Part shown: in pieces, positions 52,669 to 64,000 of the stretch
Layout of the letters: every line of letters starts with the position of its first letter
How positions within the stretch are numbered: position 1 is the first letter of the stretch
From: Tubiluchus corallicola
Lineage: Eukaryota > Animalia > Priapulida
Reading direction: 5' to 3'
NCBI GenBank assembly: GCA_030141605.1
Contig: JAQGDQ010000339.1
Location: forward strand, 62,001-126,000
Length of the DNA: 64,000 nt
The notes under the pieces: model-generated
What the model saw: only the letters and a program-made list of their open reading frames with translations
The model's database searches: none
What the model was told of the DNA's origin: nothing
Made by a program: the position numbers and the translations under genes

Positions 52669-55600
52669 CAGGGGCGTGCCAAAGCTTTCTGCTGCCCAGG
52701 GCGAGTGTATGATAATGATGCCCCTTATAACTAACTTAAAAAATCGGGACTAAATAAATTATAGATGTTGTTAATCATACATGAGAGTGAATAAATAAAA
52801 GATCAAGTAAGAGTGAGGTGTTTGTATTATTTTATTTATTTAACAATAAACAAAAAGCAAGTCACTTACTTCGATGTCCAATCGCTCCTTTGCTGTCAAC
52901 AAACGTCTGTATCACAGCTTCTTTCACTTCGCTTGTCAGGAATTTCTTTTCAATGCTGATCAAAGATAAACTTGACAGGCGCTGATTTGACATTGAAGAC
53001 CTCAAATATGTTTGTATCTGTTTTAACTTTGAAAAAGAACGTTCACAACTAGCAATTGAGTAGCCAACTGTGAGTAATAAACGATATGCAATGCACAAAG
53101 TTGGAAAAACATCCCAGCCAAGCTCAACTAATGAAGCAAGAAAATCCTTCGCATTTTTTGGAAAAGTTCGGTTTCCACTTCGGAAAAGCGTAAGACAGTC
53201 AACGATTTCTTCGTAGAGAGAAGATGAGTTCACGTCAGTCTCAAAATGGTTAGCAAAATTCTGACAGTGTCGTTTCAAGGTTTTCAAATGTTCCTTGTTT
53301 TCAACATCAATTGAATCCAGCGTTACCAAGAATGAAAACTTGTCAGCGAGCCTACGAATGCGGCCTGAGCGTTCTGAAAGTTCGGCCTTCAGTCTGTTTG
53401 CGATTTCATTCATTATTCTTTTTATTTCATCAATTTCTGATAAGCCTTCGTCTTTCGCACTCTCTCCAGACATCATTTTCTTTCGCCTGACTCTTGCCAA
53501 GGATACATTCCACTTCTCACAGTGTTCTGATGCCGATCCGACTGCATTCTTAATGATGTCTTCAGATTTAAAGTCAATAATTCTATTGAGCCCATCAATA
53601 TCATCGCTTGCCTGAATTAAATCAATCTTGGGATCTTGTAAACGTTTTGTCACTCTCTGTACTGATGACAGAATAGGGCACCAAAAATTTAAGAGAGAAA
53701 CAAATGTAAATTGCTGCAATGAACGGAGAAGTAAATAGGCATAAGATTTTGTTCCACTTGTAAATTTGCCATATTCAAAATGCTCAAGACAAGATACAAT
53801 TTCATCAAAATTTTCTTGGATGACTTCAACTGCATTGTAGTGTGAACTCCATCTGGTCTCACAATGCCTCTTGACTGTTTTCTTAACCTTTGACTTCAGT
53901 ACTTCCCAACGTGATGTCGAAGATGAAAAGAAAACAAAAATTTTGTCAACAATACCAAAAAATGTGACCACTGTTGGATGAACTTCGGCTGCATGAACAC
54001 ACGCCAAATTTAAGCTATGGTTTTCACAATTGATAAACTGGGCTTGAGGATTGATTTCCAATATTCGTTTTTGCACTCCAGTTCGAACACCACTCATAAC
54101 AGCAGCGTTATCGTATGCTTGTCCTCGACAATCATTTAAGTCAATTCCATCATCATTAAACTTTTCTATCACCATCTCCACTAAGCTTGCAGCGTTTTTC
54201 TCAGAAACTTGAAAGAAACCAAGAAAAACCTCTTTAATTTCGACAACCTTACTCTCATTGATGTGAACGTATCTCAAAATCTCCGCAATTTGATCTTCAT
54301 GTGATACATCTGGAGAGGAATATAACATCAGAGTGAAATATTTGGCTTTCTTTACTTCGGAAATAATTTTCTTTTTAATCATATGACCAATAAGATTGAT
54401 TATTTCATTCTGACTCCTATTAGACAGATAGTTGACCTTGTTGGGCTTATTCCTCATATTCTGCAAATGTTCGAACAAAACAACATCATAATCAGCTAAC
54501 AATTTGATTATCTCTAAAAAGTTTCCAGAATTGGTTTCATAAGCATCATCGTTCACCAACTTTGAAATTCCTTCGTCTCTATGACTTCGAAATGCGATAT
54601 TCTGTCTTGCAAGGACAAAAACAACATCGACAATTCGTTCAACAATAAGTCGCCATTTCTTTTTCTCACTCAAAATATGCTCTTGGAGTTTGTAATCAAT
54701 CGTGCATGCTTTTTCAATTCTTGCTGCAAAATCCAAATATTCACGCATTGCATTTCTGTGACCAGGACTTCTTTCATGTTCATAAATTCTAGGATTCAAC
54801 TTTCTCCAGCTGCTAAATCCATCTTCGTTACAAAAACTTGATTTACATCTTGAAAATAAAAAACAAACAAAGCAAAAAGCAGCTTGTTTGCAAGGTGAAT
54901 ATATCAGCCATTTTCTCTGCAAACGCTCGCCATTGCTTGACAAAGTTTCAAACCAATGCTTAGAAAGTGATCTTCCTTTTTTTTCAGCAAAAGGACCTTC
55001 CTGGTGTTGGAAATTCTCTGGTCCTTGCTGAACTAAGCACTTCACTAAATATGTGGAAATCGGCTTCCTTAAACGCCCAAAGTCGTGGTCACGAAATAAT
55101 TCAAAAAATTCAACGTTATTCTTACCTGCAGCTTCATCGTTCAAAGTGACAGCACTCGTCTCTGCATTATAATTAAAATCATCAGCGTCATCTGGAATCC
55201 ATTTTTGCGACGAATTTGCATCCTGATTATCACAATCAGTGTAGAGTTCTGTGTTCACTTGATTGCTGATGCCCTCTTGGACGACAGCCACGGGTTCATG
55301 ATTGTCACTGTCAGCATCCGATTGATCGTTTGCCACGTGTTGCTTCTTCACCCACACATCTAAACAGCCTCTCATAGCATTATCTTCTGCTTCTCTGAGC
55401 TTTTTTTTGTGGCGATTTTTAGCCCCGCTGGGTTGTATTCGCTTCATTTGTCGGATCAAATTAGAGGAAATCAATACACACAAGAAATCAAAACAGAAGG
55501 CTGTAGCAAGGAAAAACAACGTCGTTTTCGAAAATAATCATTGGACTGAATTCAAACATACCGGAAACCAAGCCACAATTCGCCTCGCACGCAAGCGGCG

Positions 55601-55899
55601 CATGTGACACCGTCGTCATAACAAAGATAACGTCACTGACCGCGCTTCATCACGAAGAGCGGTAAGGGAATTCACAGCGAACACGCACCTGCCATCGATT
55701 AAAACCCGTGCGCTCGAAGTCTTCAGCGCTGTCAATAGAACACGGTGATCGCTAGCATTCGATCTTGTCTATGATGAAAGCACATCGAGAAAAGTGAGTA
55801 TAGCTTAATAACGTGAACTCTATGGCTTGGATCTGCTGCCCCCTACAGCTTGCTGCCCGGGGCGGCTGCCCCTATGGCCCTCCTCTAGGCACGCCCCTG
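52669..55899 (-). mobile_element. Full-length hAT transposon (3231 bp) with perfect 12-bp TIRs and 8-bp TSD
   Basis: TIR CAGGGGCGTGCC / GGCACGCCCCTG; TSD CCTGCACA at 52661-52668 and 55900-55907. Confidence 0.96.
52862..55447 (-). CDS. hAT transposase (TTF zinc finger, DUF4371-like, C-terminal dimerisation domain), 861 aa from ATG; first catalytic Asp appears replaced by Tyr
   Basis: Uninterrupted ORF MKRIQPSGAK...; WLIYSPCKQAAFCFVC, GNFLE, LMLYSSPDVSH, GQAYDNAA, CENH, ETRW, SCERSFSKLK. Confidence 0.9.
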   Translation of the reverse strand: MKRIQPSGAKNRHKKKLREAEDNAMRGCLDVWVKKQHVANDQSDADSDNHEPVAVVQEGISNQVNTELYTDCDNQDANSSQKWIPDDADDFNYNAETSAVTLNDEAAGKNNVEFFELFRDHDFGRLRKPISTYLVKCLVQQGPENFQHQEGPFAEKKGRSLSKHWFETLSSNGERLQRKWLIYSPCKQAAFCFVCFLFSRCKSSFCNEDGFSSWRKLNPRIYEHERSPGHRNAMREYLDFAARIEKACTIDYKLQEHILSEKKKWRLIVERIVDVVFVLARQNIAFRSHRDEGISKLVNDDAYETNSGNFLEIIKLLADYDVVLFEHLQNMRNKPNKVNYLSNRSQNEIINLIGHMIKKKIISEVKKAKYFTLMLYSSPDVSHEDQIAEILRYVHINESKVVEIKEVFLGFFQVSEKNAASLVEMVIEKFNDDGIDLNDCRGQAYDNAAVMSGVRTGVQKRILEINPQAQFINCENHSLNLACVHAAEVHPTVVTFFGIVDKIFVFFSSSTSRWEVLKSKVKKTVKRHCETRWSSHYNAVEVIQENFDEIVSCLEHFEYGKFTSGTKSYAYLLLRSLQQFTFVSLLNFWCPILSSVQRVTKRLQDPKIDLIQASDDIDGLNRIIDFKSEDIIKNAVGSASEHCEKWNVSLARVRRKKMMSGESAKDEGLSEIDEIKRIMNEIANRLKAELSERSGRIRRLADKFSFLVTLDSIDVENKEHLKTLKRHCQNFANHFETDVNSSSLYEEIVDCLTLFRSGNRTFPKNAKDFLASLVELGWDVFPTLCIAYRLLLTVGYSIASCERSFSKLKQIQTYLRSSMSNQRLSSLSLISIEKKFLTSEVKEAVIQTFVDSKGAIGHRSK

Positions 55900-56129
55900 C
55901 CTGCACAGGCCAGCTCGTTTAGTAATTCAACTTGTCCTTTTGTTGCGTCTATTGTGCTTTAATTACCTGGACAGCAAGAATGTCTGCACAAGAGCAACTT
56001 TCGCCAAAAAAAAATTAATATTGCTCAAACGTTTTCTCAGATTTCACGTTTATTAATAATCAAACATGTTATTTGATCTTTTAACGATATTCACCATATT
56101 ATCACTCACTCACTCATATAGCTTTCACT

Positions 56130-56810
56130 GATGTACCAGTGCTCAGTTCAGTATAAAACGATGAAAACTTGGAGCACTAATATCACGTGTCCTACAAGAT
56201 ACGTGTCGTCACAGAGAGAGCCTTGTTTGAGAGGCCCGTTTGAGAGGCTGCCTTCGAACCATTCTGCACATTCAGCTTGGCAAGACTCATTTTCGTCACC
56301 AAGTTCTTTCTATTTTATTTGTATAACAGCCTGTCAAACAGTCTACAAATTCAATACTATTGTTCACTGTTAAGTGCATATATCCTTCTGTTTTATATGT
56401 CGAATAAGCTTTCCAGCAGTCCCCGCGCAATATATTTCTTAATGATGGGAATCAGTGTATCCGCTCTTCCCAGTCTCTCTTTCAGTGCCAGCAATACGCA
56501 CACGCCATTGTTTGGCCGCCCTCTGTTAAATTTCCTTTTTCCAAATTTTGACTCGTCTAATTCCACAATGCACCCTGGGCTTCCAATCACCTCACTTCCC
56601 TGTTCTTGTACAGTGACGCAAACTTCACGGGCAAAGTTATACCAATCGACAATGGCATGCTCTCCACCCATTTCGAAGACCCACATGTATGTTAGCAGAA
56701 TAATTGTTTTCCAATCTATATGCGATTCGGAAAACCACGAGTTTTTACAAACAGTTTGACTTTTCTGACATTTTCTATTCGTGCAATGCCACATCACTCC
56801 ATCTATTCTT
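56130..56810 (-). mobile_element. Merlin (IS1595/ISXO2-like) transposase pseudogene
   Basis: VDWYNFAREVC, IVELDESKFGKRKFNRGR, ADTLIPIIKKYI, then frameshifted HLTVNNS...TGCYTN; contains deletions and frameshifts. Confidence 0.85.
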
Positions 56811-57939
56811 GTTTTATCTTAAAAATATAAAATCAAAAATATAACAAGGAAAATTAATTTAAAACTTTGTTAAACATTCTTAAAAAATGTGAATGGATAT
56901 ATGTGTTTAATACTATAAAATATAGTACAAAAATATTCTAAAGAAAAAATATCACTTGGTATAGAAAAATATGAGGTAGAAATATTTTATCACCAAATAT
57001 CGAGAATACACTTGGTCTTTAATATCACTCCTTACACTTTAGCGCCACATAATTACACTGATAAAGTTTTTTTAGCACTACGATTGATATATTTTTAAGA
57101 TCACTCCATTTTTTTCCATGGTTTGTTCACTGACCTTCTCCACAATCACTTGACATCCTCCTGTAGCTGAACAGATGGAGAGGCGGAAGAAGATGACGTA
57201 GAACTTGAGCTGGAGCTTTCAATAATACTGACACTTTCCTCTGTGTGCTTTGGCTGTTGTCACAGGCAGTTTCTCAGCCACTGAAGATGTGGATACCGTG
57301 GAAACGGGTGGTGACTTCTCAGCTTCTGTCAGTTTTATTGCCTCCGGTAGATTTTCAGCCACAGTAGATGCAGAGTGTACTTTCCTTCCTGCAGTTTTCT
57401 TGACAGCTTTATGCTCTTAGATGTATATAATTCTTGGAGCGTTTTCAAGTTTCAATCACATTCTCGCCGTTCCCTCTGTTGTCTCTATAACGGGATGGCA
57501 TCACGCTGGCGAGCAAAAAGTGAATAATCTACACATTAGCGAATTAAACGACAAACTTTGATGTACATTAATAATTTACACTCTTTATACGTAAACAATT
57601 AATATAGATATATGAAATGTAATAATTCCACCAATAATTAGCCGAATGGTGAAAAATCGCTCGCAGTTACAGTATCTCTTCAATTTCCCTTTCCTTGTTC
57701 TCACTCACAGCTTTTTTTCCTCTTCTTTTCTGTATCACTCACAGCTTGTTTTTTCCTCCTTTCCTGTAGATTCTCATGCACCAATTCCAGAAAATTTTTG
57801 AACTGCTAGAAAATATGGAGTTATACAGTTATTAAAGGAAAGAACAATTGAAAGAAAAACTGCTTTATTCGCAAGACCAGTCCTTAATACTTGTCAAATT
57901 ATCAAATCAAAAACAACATCTTTGCAATATGTAATACCG

Positions 57940-58750
57940 TACTCTCACTTCCGTACAAGCCATCTTCTGACTTTTTGTTTTGCAAAGTTATCAATTAACT
58001 CATTAAAATCAAGGGCTCTTGCTACATCCACATTCATTCAAATAATTGACCGACCGTCTGGCCGATCCTGGGTCATTCATGATGTCGGTTTTGATATTTT
58101 TTAACGCACTGAAAGAGCGTTCACTGGACAAAACTGGCCTTGATAAGAAAATGCGAAGTGCGACGACAGTATTTGGATAGACTTCGACTAGTTTCAGTGC
58201 AATAATTCAGTCTAACAATTTTTCTAGCGCGTGCAGTCTTTAAAATGCTCGGCAAAAATACGATTCAAAAAGCACGTTTCATCTACAACATTTGTGGCAA
58301 TGGTTCTCTCCTCAACAATATGAAATTTCCACAAAAAACCGAACATCTCACATGTTTGATCTAAAGCTTGAAACCGCTGCGATAGGCCACCTAAAACAGA
58401 ATCTAAAATCACATAAAACACGTTAACCTTGAACTTCTGCTCAGCATCTTCGGCGGACAATTTTCTTGTCATTGCGAAACTGCAAGGTAATTCGAAGCCG
58501 CTCGCAAAATTCTTACATTCCTCGAGAATGGTCTTCCACTTATCTCGCAACTGCTTGACAGTTTCAACCAGAGATTGAATACAGGTGCTCTCGAAATCAA
58601 TGGTTGCCACCGGAAACTGAATCAGTAAATTTGTCTCGTGTATAAATGACAATATGGACGCCATCAACAGGCCCTCGAAAGTTGAGAAGTATTGCTCGAG
58701 ACCGGAAAGTGTACCTCGAACTCCAGAAGTAAGGTTCAGTTTGTGTGCAT
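57940..58750 (-). mobile_element. Degenerate hAT transposase C-terminal fragment
   Basis: FKVNVFYVILDSVLGGLSQRF...FGFLW, then VYPNTVVALRIFL, an ERSFS-like remnant and DFNELIDNFAKQKVRR. Confidence 0.75.
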
Positions 58751-59640
58751 CTGCCATTGCTGTTTTCATGTCACCAATATGCCTAGCTATTTTTAAAGGT
58801 GCAATGCTTAGCAAGGCCTGTACGTGCGCATTCACTATAGACTCTTTGCGACCATATCTTTGCTGTAGCAAGTCTACTGCTAGTTTGTAATTGCTGTCAC
58901 TAAGCTGCAGTCCCTCTACAGTACATCTTGCTTCACCTTCAAGCAATGACTTGAGATAAGTAAATTTACCTACAGTAGGAATATCACTATTGTGTACTGC
59001 AGCACAAAATTGATCCCAAAATGCTTGCCAAAGAATTATCTGTCCAGCGAACTTTGGCAGCTCTGCTTTGGAAGCTTAAACCCTTTTCCAGACGAAATGT
59101 TTTTGCCAGATTCATTAATGTTGATACCACTACCATATACAGATTCTGAAACAACAGAGCCAGCTTGCAATAACTCAGCTAACTTTACTACAGCCATGTT
59201 TCTGATTATTTCGCAAGTTTCCCTAAACCCACTTGCTTCATCGATAACTGCCTGCAATGCATCTATTGGGGTGATAAACTCATAGTTTTCTTGTACCCTG
59301 TCTAAAGTGGCCAACCTATTATGATAGTTATCAATAGCTCGTTCCAGCGCTACTCTTGAAACAGGTTTTTGTGCTAAACACTGTTCTAGTATTTTTGTGC
59401 TTCTTCTTAACCAACTCCTATGCGATAATCGCCTTCGGCTAAGAGCGTTTAATTTATCACCACTATTACTGCAAACTTCGCTATCGTCATTATTCATAAC
59501 TAATTTGCTAACGATCCCGGGTTTCGGCACCAAATTTTGGCTAACACTTAAAATAAACTAAAATTAGGCTGAACAAACTGAACTAGACAAAGAACTTTTT
59601 TTATTGAAGATATATAACTTCGTGGCGCAATAACAAAATC
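58750..59640 (-). mobile_element. BEL/Pao LTR retrotransposon 5' fragment: LTR end, tRNA-Phe PBS and frameshifted gag (DUF1759-like)
   Basis: PBS TGGTGCCGAAACCCGGGATC (59513-59532) complementary to the tRNA-Phe 3' end; gag motifs KLPK.ELPKF.G...WQAFWDQF and KFTYLKSLLEGEA...NYKLAVDLLQQRYG. Confidence 0.88.
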
Positions 59641-61239
59641 TGCTCACCACAAAAAACAAACAAATATCTTACCACCTCTTACGACCCATTACAACCACTG
59701 CCCGATGCAGCAAACTGCGAAAACAAATCAGGCTTGCGAGCACAAGCTTCATTTACACAGAAATTTGGATTACGAAGATCAACAAAAGCAGGCTGATGCA
59801 AACTAAATTCACCAAGAGCTGGAGTACAGCCAGGAAAACAAGCAGTTATTTTGCAATCTGCTACAGGCCTATTAACTGACTGACAGTTAATCACATTCTG
59901 ATCAGCTGTTCCATTGCCAGTAAGCAATTTCTCACCACTGGACCCACCAGCACTGTCGAAATTTTTTCAGATGCAAAACTACCATTTCCGTCACTGTCTG
60001 TGTCCTTGTCTATGTCATCGCTCATCAACGTCTGTCTAGCCCTACATACACCCTTCATTTCTAACCGAGCAGAGGGCCGTATTGGCCAATTATCAGCATC
60101 CACCTAAGCGGTTTTGTAAGCATTAATTTCGCTTTCCCTCACTTGAATCTCATTCTTGGCACTATCCCACTTCTGCGCACCATTGTTACCTGTGGCCATC
60201 TCCTCCACTGTCTATAATACTTCACAAATCCTAACTGTACGGCCGTGACTGCCACATAACAGGCTGATATCTTGGACACACCGAACTCCGTTCACCTCTC
60301 TCTTTCTTAGCAAGAACCAAAATCTTCTTTCGATTTACAAGAGCATATCTGTGGACAATGCCCATGCTACAGTATCAATTCATACACTTTCCCATTTTCG
60401 AATTTAAAGTCGATAATCTCAATAGGAGTTTATTGTCCCACTTTCTGTTACTTGTTCCAGTTGTTTGTAATCTTTCTGCTCTATGTAGAAGATTGTAGTC
60501 CACTTTTGTACTTCGTCGTGGGCTTTGGAAAATATTAAAGAAAATACTAAGTACCGGTCTGGACCTGACTGACAGTGGTACTCCCATTGCCAGAATGAAG
60601 TTTTTTGCATGCCTGATACCTGTTTTGGATAATATGTGCCAATAATTTGATAGGTACTGTGAGGCGGTCTACTTGGCCACATTTTTTTATTGAAGGTGCA
60701 CCTCGGTACAGGAAGGTGTACTAATACGGCACTGTGCACCACCACCATGTGGTGAGGCCCATTTTGCTAGGCCCATTTTTTCACTGCTATGAATAAAGAA
60801 TGCAGAAAAAAATCCATGTGCACCCAATATATCAGGCATGCACAGCGAACTTCTCAGTCTGGTGACCCACTATTGCCAATGATCATCACTATCACGATTT
60901 CTGAACAGAAATGCCTTTTTACTATTCCATTCTATTCTTCTGAAAAATAATGACTGGCAAAATATTTTCGGCACCGAAATCTAATTGCAGCCATATTGAA
61001 ATGACTGATGCGCTGCTTGCTGTGTGGTTATTTCATTACGTTACACCTCTAATATCTGCAAAACTTATCTTATATTTACAACTACGCCATTGTGGCGGTT
61101 TTATACCTGATATTCAAAACACCGTGCAATGGCTTTGTGTCAGGGTCACGGGTCACAAAAACATCAAACAAACGTTTAACGGCATAATTAAACATGTTTA
61201 TTAACCCTAACATTAAAATTGGAATCAAAAGGGCTCAAA

Positions 61240-64000
61240 CTACTATCCGAAAACGTGGTCCCGACATTAACAAAGACATTTCTAATTAGTGGCACACCAA
61301 ACTTTCAATGCGCAATGACAAGCACACATTTGCTTAATAACAGGGCTGGCCCTGACATTCGGCCATGCTCCAGTCATGTGACCTCACATGATGTACAATT
61401 CAGTTCAGGAATCACTAGGCTAACATCAATGTTAACATAATTCAGCGTAGCATAACTAACATTCAAACTGGCAGAATGCAATACAAACAGCGAACAAACT
61501 TTCAAAGTTGAAATCTAAGAACAACTAGAATCAGAAGTGTGCAATACAAGTTATATGCACCAAAATCAAACAAACATTTTCAAAAGTCAAGAATGAAACA
61601 AGCTATTTTGTCAAACTCAAGCTAAAGAATAATCTGTGAGTCTTTTTGGCAACCTCAGACTTCTACGAGGCCTTAAATTAAAAACATGTCCATCATTTGT
61701 AAATACTTGTCCCAATCACGACAGCCACTTTTCACATATTGCGTTAATGCTTCACAAAGAGTCAAATTAAACTGTTCACATTGTCCATTGTAACAAGCAT
61801 GGTACACTGAAGTCCTCAATTTTTATATACCTAACTTATCATTGATTTGCTTCACCAAATCAGATTCAAAATTTGCACCTTGATCAGTCAACAAAGTTTT
61901 AGGCACTCCATAATGACATATAAAATCAACAATACATTTAGCATCAGATTCAGCACTCTGATTACGAATCGGATACAATTCTACAAATTTAGAGAACAAG
62001 TCAGTAACAACTAAAACATACTTATAGCCACTACTACTTAAAGGCAAAGTCAAGATATCAGCAGATATCTGTCCAAACTGATCACCTAGTACTTTAATAG
62101 TTCCACGAGCTTCACGTTGTGGTCTGGCTTCACGCTTCACTAAAGCACATCCATGACAATTTCTGATAAACGTACGAACACTATTGGTTAAACCATACCA
62201 ATAATACAATGGTGAAATTCGTCCTATCGTTTTTCTTACACCAAAGTGAGCAGATAATACATGATCATGAGCAAGAGAAGTAACACGATCTCTAAGCACT
62301 GGTGACACAAGTTTCTGTGGTGAAACATACCCACTTGATTGTCTTATAATTTCACCATTCACTACAGACAATTTATCTTTTTCACGAAGATAACTCAGTT
62401 CATCTGAGTCAGGCTGGTCAGACAACTGCTTCCGCAATTGACTGGCACTCAGTCACATCTTTAGTTGTACGTACGCGACTCAATGCGTCTGCATAAGCAA
62501 TCATTTTTCCAGGTTTATGGCATACCTCAAAGTCATATTGATTCAGCCATAGCAACCATCTAGCAAGTCGGTCAGGAGGGTCTTTCTGGCGCTTCAACCA
62601 CGAAAGAGCCTGATGATCTGTCACAGCAACGAAAGGTTTTCCAAGCAAAAAATGAGGAAATATATTTTCCAGAAGCATAAGAGATAACGTACTCTTCTTT
62701 ACCAGATCCTTGGGACAAAACAGCTCCCCATCCCGTTTTGCAGGCATCAGTTGTCAAGATGAACATTCTATCAGGATTAGGATGTCTAAGAATAGGCCCA
62801 CTCATCAATCTTCTCTTTAATTCATCGAAGGCATGTTGGCACTCAAGACTCCACAAGAATGGCACATCTTTGCGGGCCAGATCAGCAAGCGGCTTTGCAA
62901 TCACAGCAAAGTCCTTCACAAAATGACAAAAATAGGAGCAAAATCCATAAAATTGACGTACTTCATGAACATTTACAGGGACCGCAGGTTTTAATAGCAA
63001 GCACTTTGTCTTCGGTAGGTTGGATACCCTTTCTACTAACACGATGACCAAGGAAATCCACTCCTTCACATGCAAATTTATACTTGTCCATACCAAGTTT
63101 TAAATTGTACTGTTGAAATCTCTGCAATACAGCACGTAAATCATCAACATGTTGGTCAAAAGTTGGGCTTACAATTAAGCAATCATCAATATAGATCAAA
63201 GCAGTTGTACCTAGCCCTTGCAACATACGGTACATCATACGTTGAAAGCTTCCAGGCATATTAGATAGACCAAACGGACAGACATTAAATTCATAAAGCC
63301 CATCTTCAACTACAAATGCAGATTTTTCTCTTGAAGATTTTTCCAAGGGCAACTGGAAATATCCAGACTTTTGGTCAATTAATTTAAACCAGCCAGCATT
63401 GCCAGCACTACACTTTGCAAGCAATTCACCCATCCGGGGCAAAGGATGACTGTCCTTCTTCGTTACACTATTCAACTTAATGTAATTCACGCAAAATCTA
63501 TATTCATTATTCTTTTTATGAACAAGAATAATTGGACTTGCCCACGGTGACTGATTCAGAAATTATGCCTCTTTCAAGCATGGTGCCAATCTGATTTTGC
63601 ACTTCAGCACGAAGGTGCACAGGACATCTGTAAGGCTTCTGTTTTATAGGCGGTCCAGCCGTTTCTATTACATGTTCACACTGAGACACATGTCCCAATT
63701 CACCATCGACAAAAAACACATCAGAAAATTCATTGAACAACAACTTTTCCATTACGGCACGTTTGGAATCATCAAGGTGATCAAGATTGATACCAGATTT
63801 CAATTTCTGGTGACGCTTCGAGTCATTCATACTTGCAGGCTTTCCACATGGTGCATCTAGCACATCAACAATTTCTACGGTTTCCAATGATCCTAAACAA
63901 GCTCCATCTTTTACTTTGACAGGATCATCTGTCACGTTGCACATTCGAACAGGCATAACATCTGAGCTTGCCATACATCCTCGAGCAATGAAAAGACCAC
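61240..64000 (-). mobile_element. Ty3/Gypsy LTR retrotransposon pol pseudogene (RT, RNase H, integrase); continues beyond the window
   Basis: PPIKQKPYR, PFGLSN, IYIDD, LTTDAC, TDHQAL, HHCC finger, TDQG, terminal NLRPRRSLRLPKRLTDY; several frameshifts and a deletion in the integrase. Confidence 0.95.

Noticed and set aside
59513-59532. tRNA-Phe gene
   Set aside because: Only the 3' 20 nt including CCA are present; its position between LTR end and gag identifies it as a primer-binding site.

Overview
AT-rich, intron-rich genomic DNA from an invertebrate animal; the species cannot be determined from sequence alone, and there is one 19-N assembly gap at 28115-28133. I reconstructed three host genes by hand with phase-consistent GT-AG junctions: the last three exons of liprin-alpha (+, to 3441), a complete 18-exon transglutaminase (-, 36391 to 9849, 865 aa, catalytic Cys/His/Asp intact, basic NLS-like N-terminal extension and acidic C-terminal tail), and a complete 9-exon NDUFAF6 (+, 36555-45325, 296 aa) lying head-to-head with it, with only 163 bp between the ATGs. 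Introns and intergenic DNA are full of MITEs (TA-flanked pogo/Tc1-like and TTAA-flanked Kolobok-like), minisatellites, SINEs (a MetaSINE-like copy and a 5S-rRNA-headed, RTE-bodied SINE with an 11-bp TSD) and LINE fragments. From about 45.8 kb to the window end there are no recognisable host genes, only a patchwork of transposon coding fragments (hAT x3, Tc1, L2-group LINE, Merlin, BEL/Pao, Gypsy), all on the minus strand. This is the layout expected of a flamenco-like uni-strand piRNA cluster, and it is the most interesting, still untested, hypothesis here.
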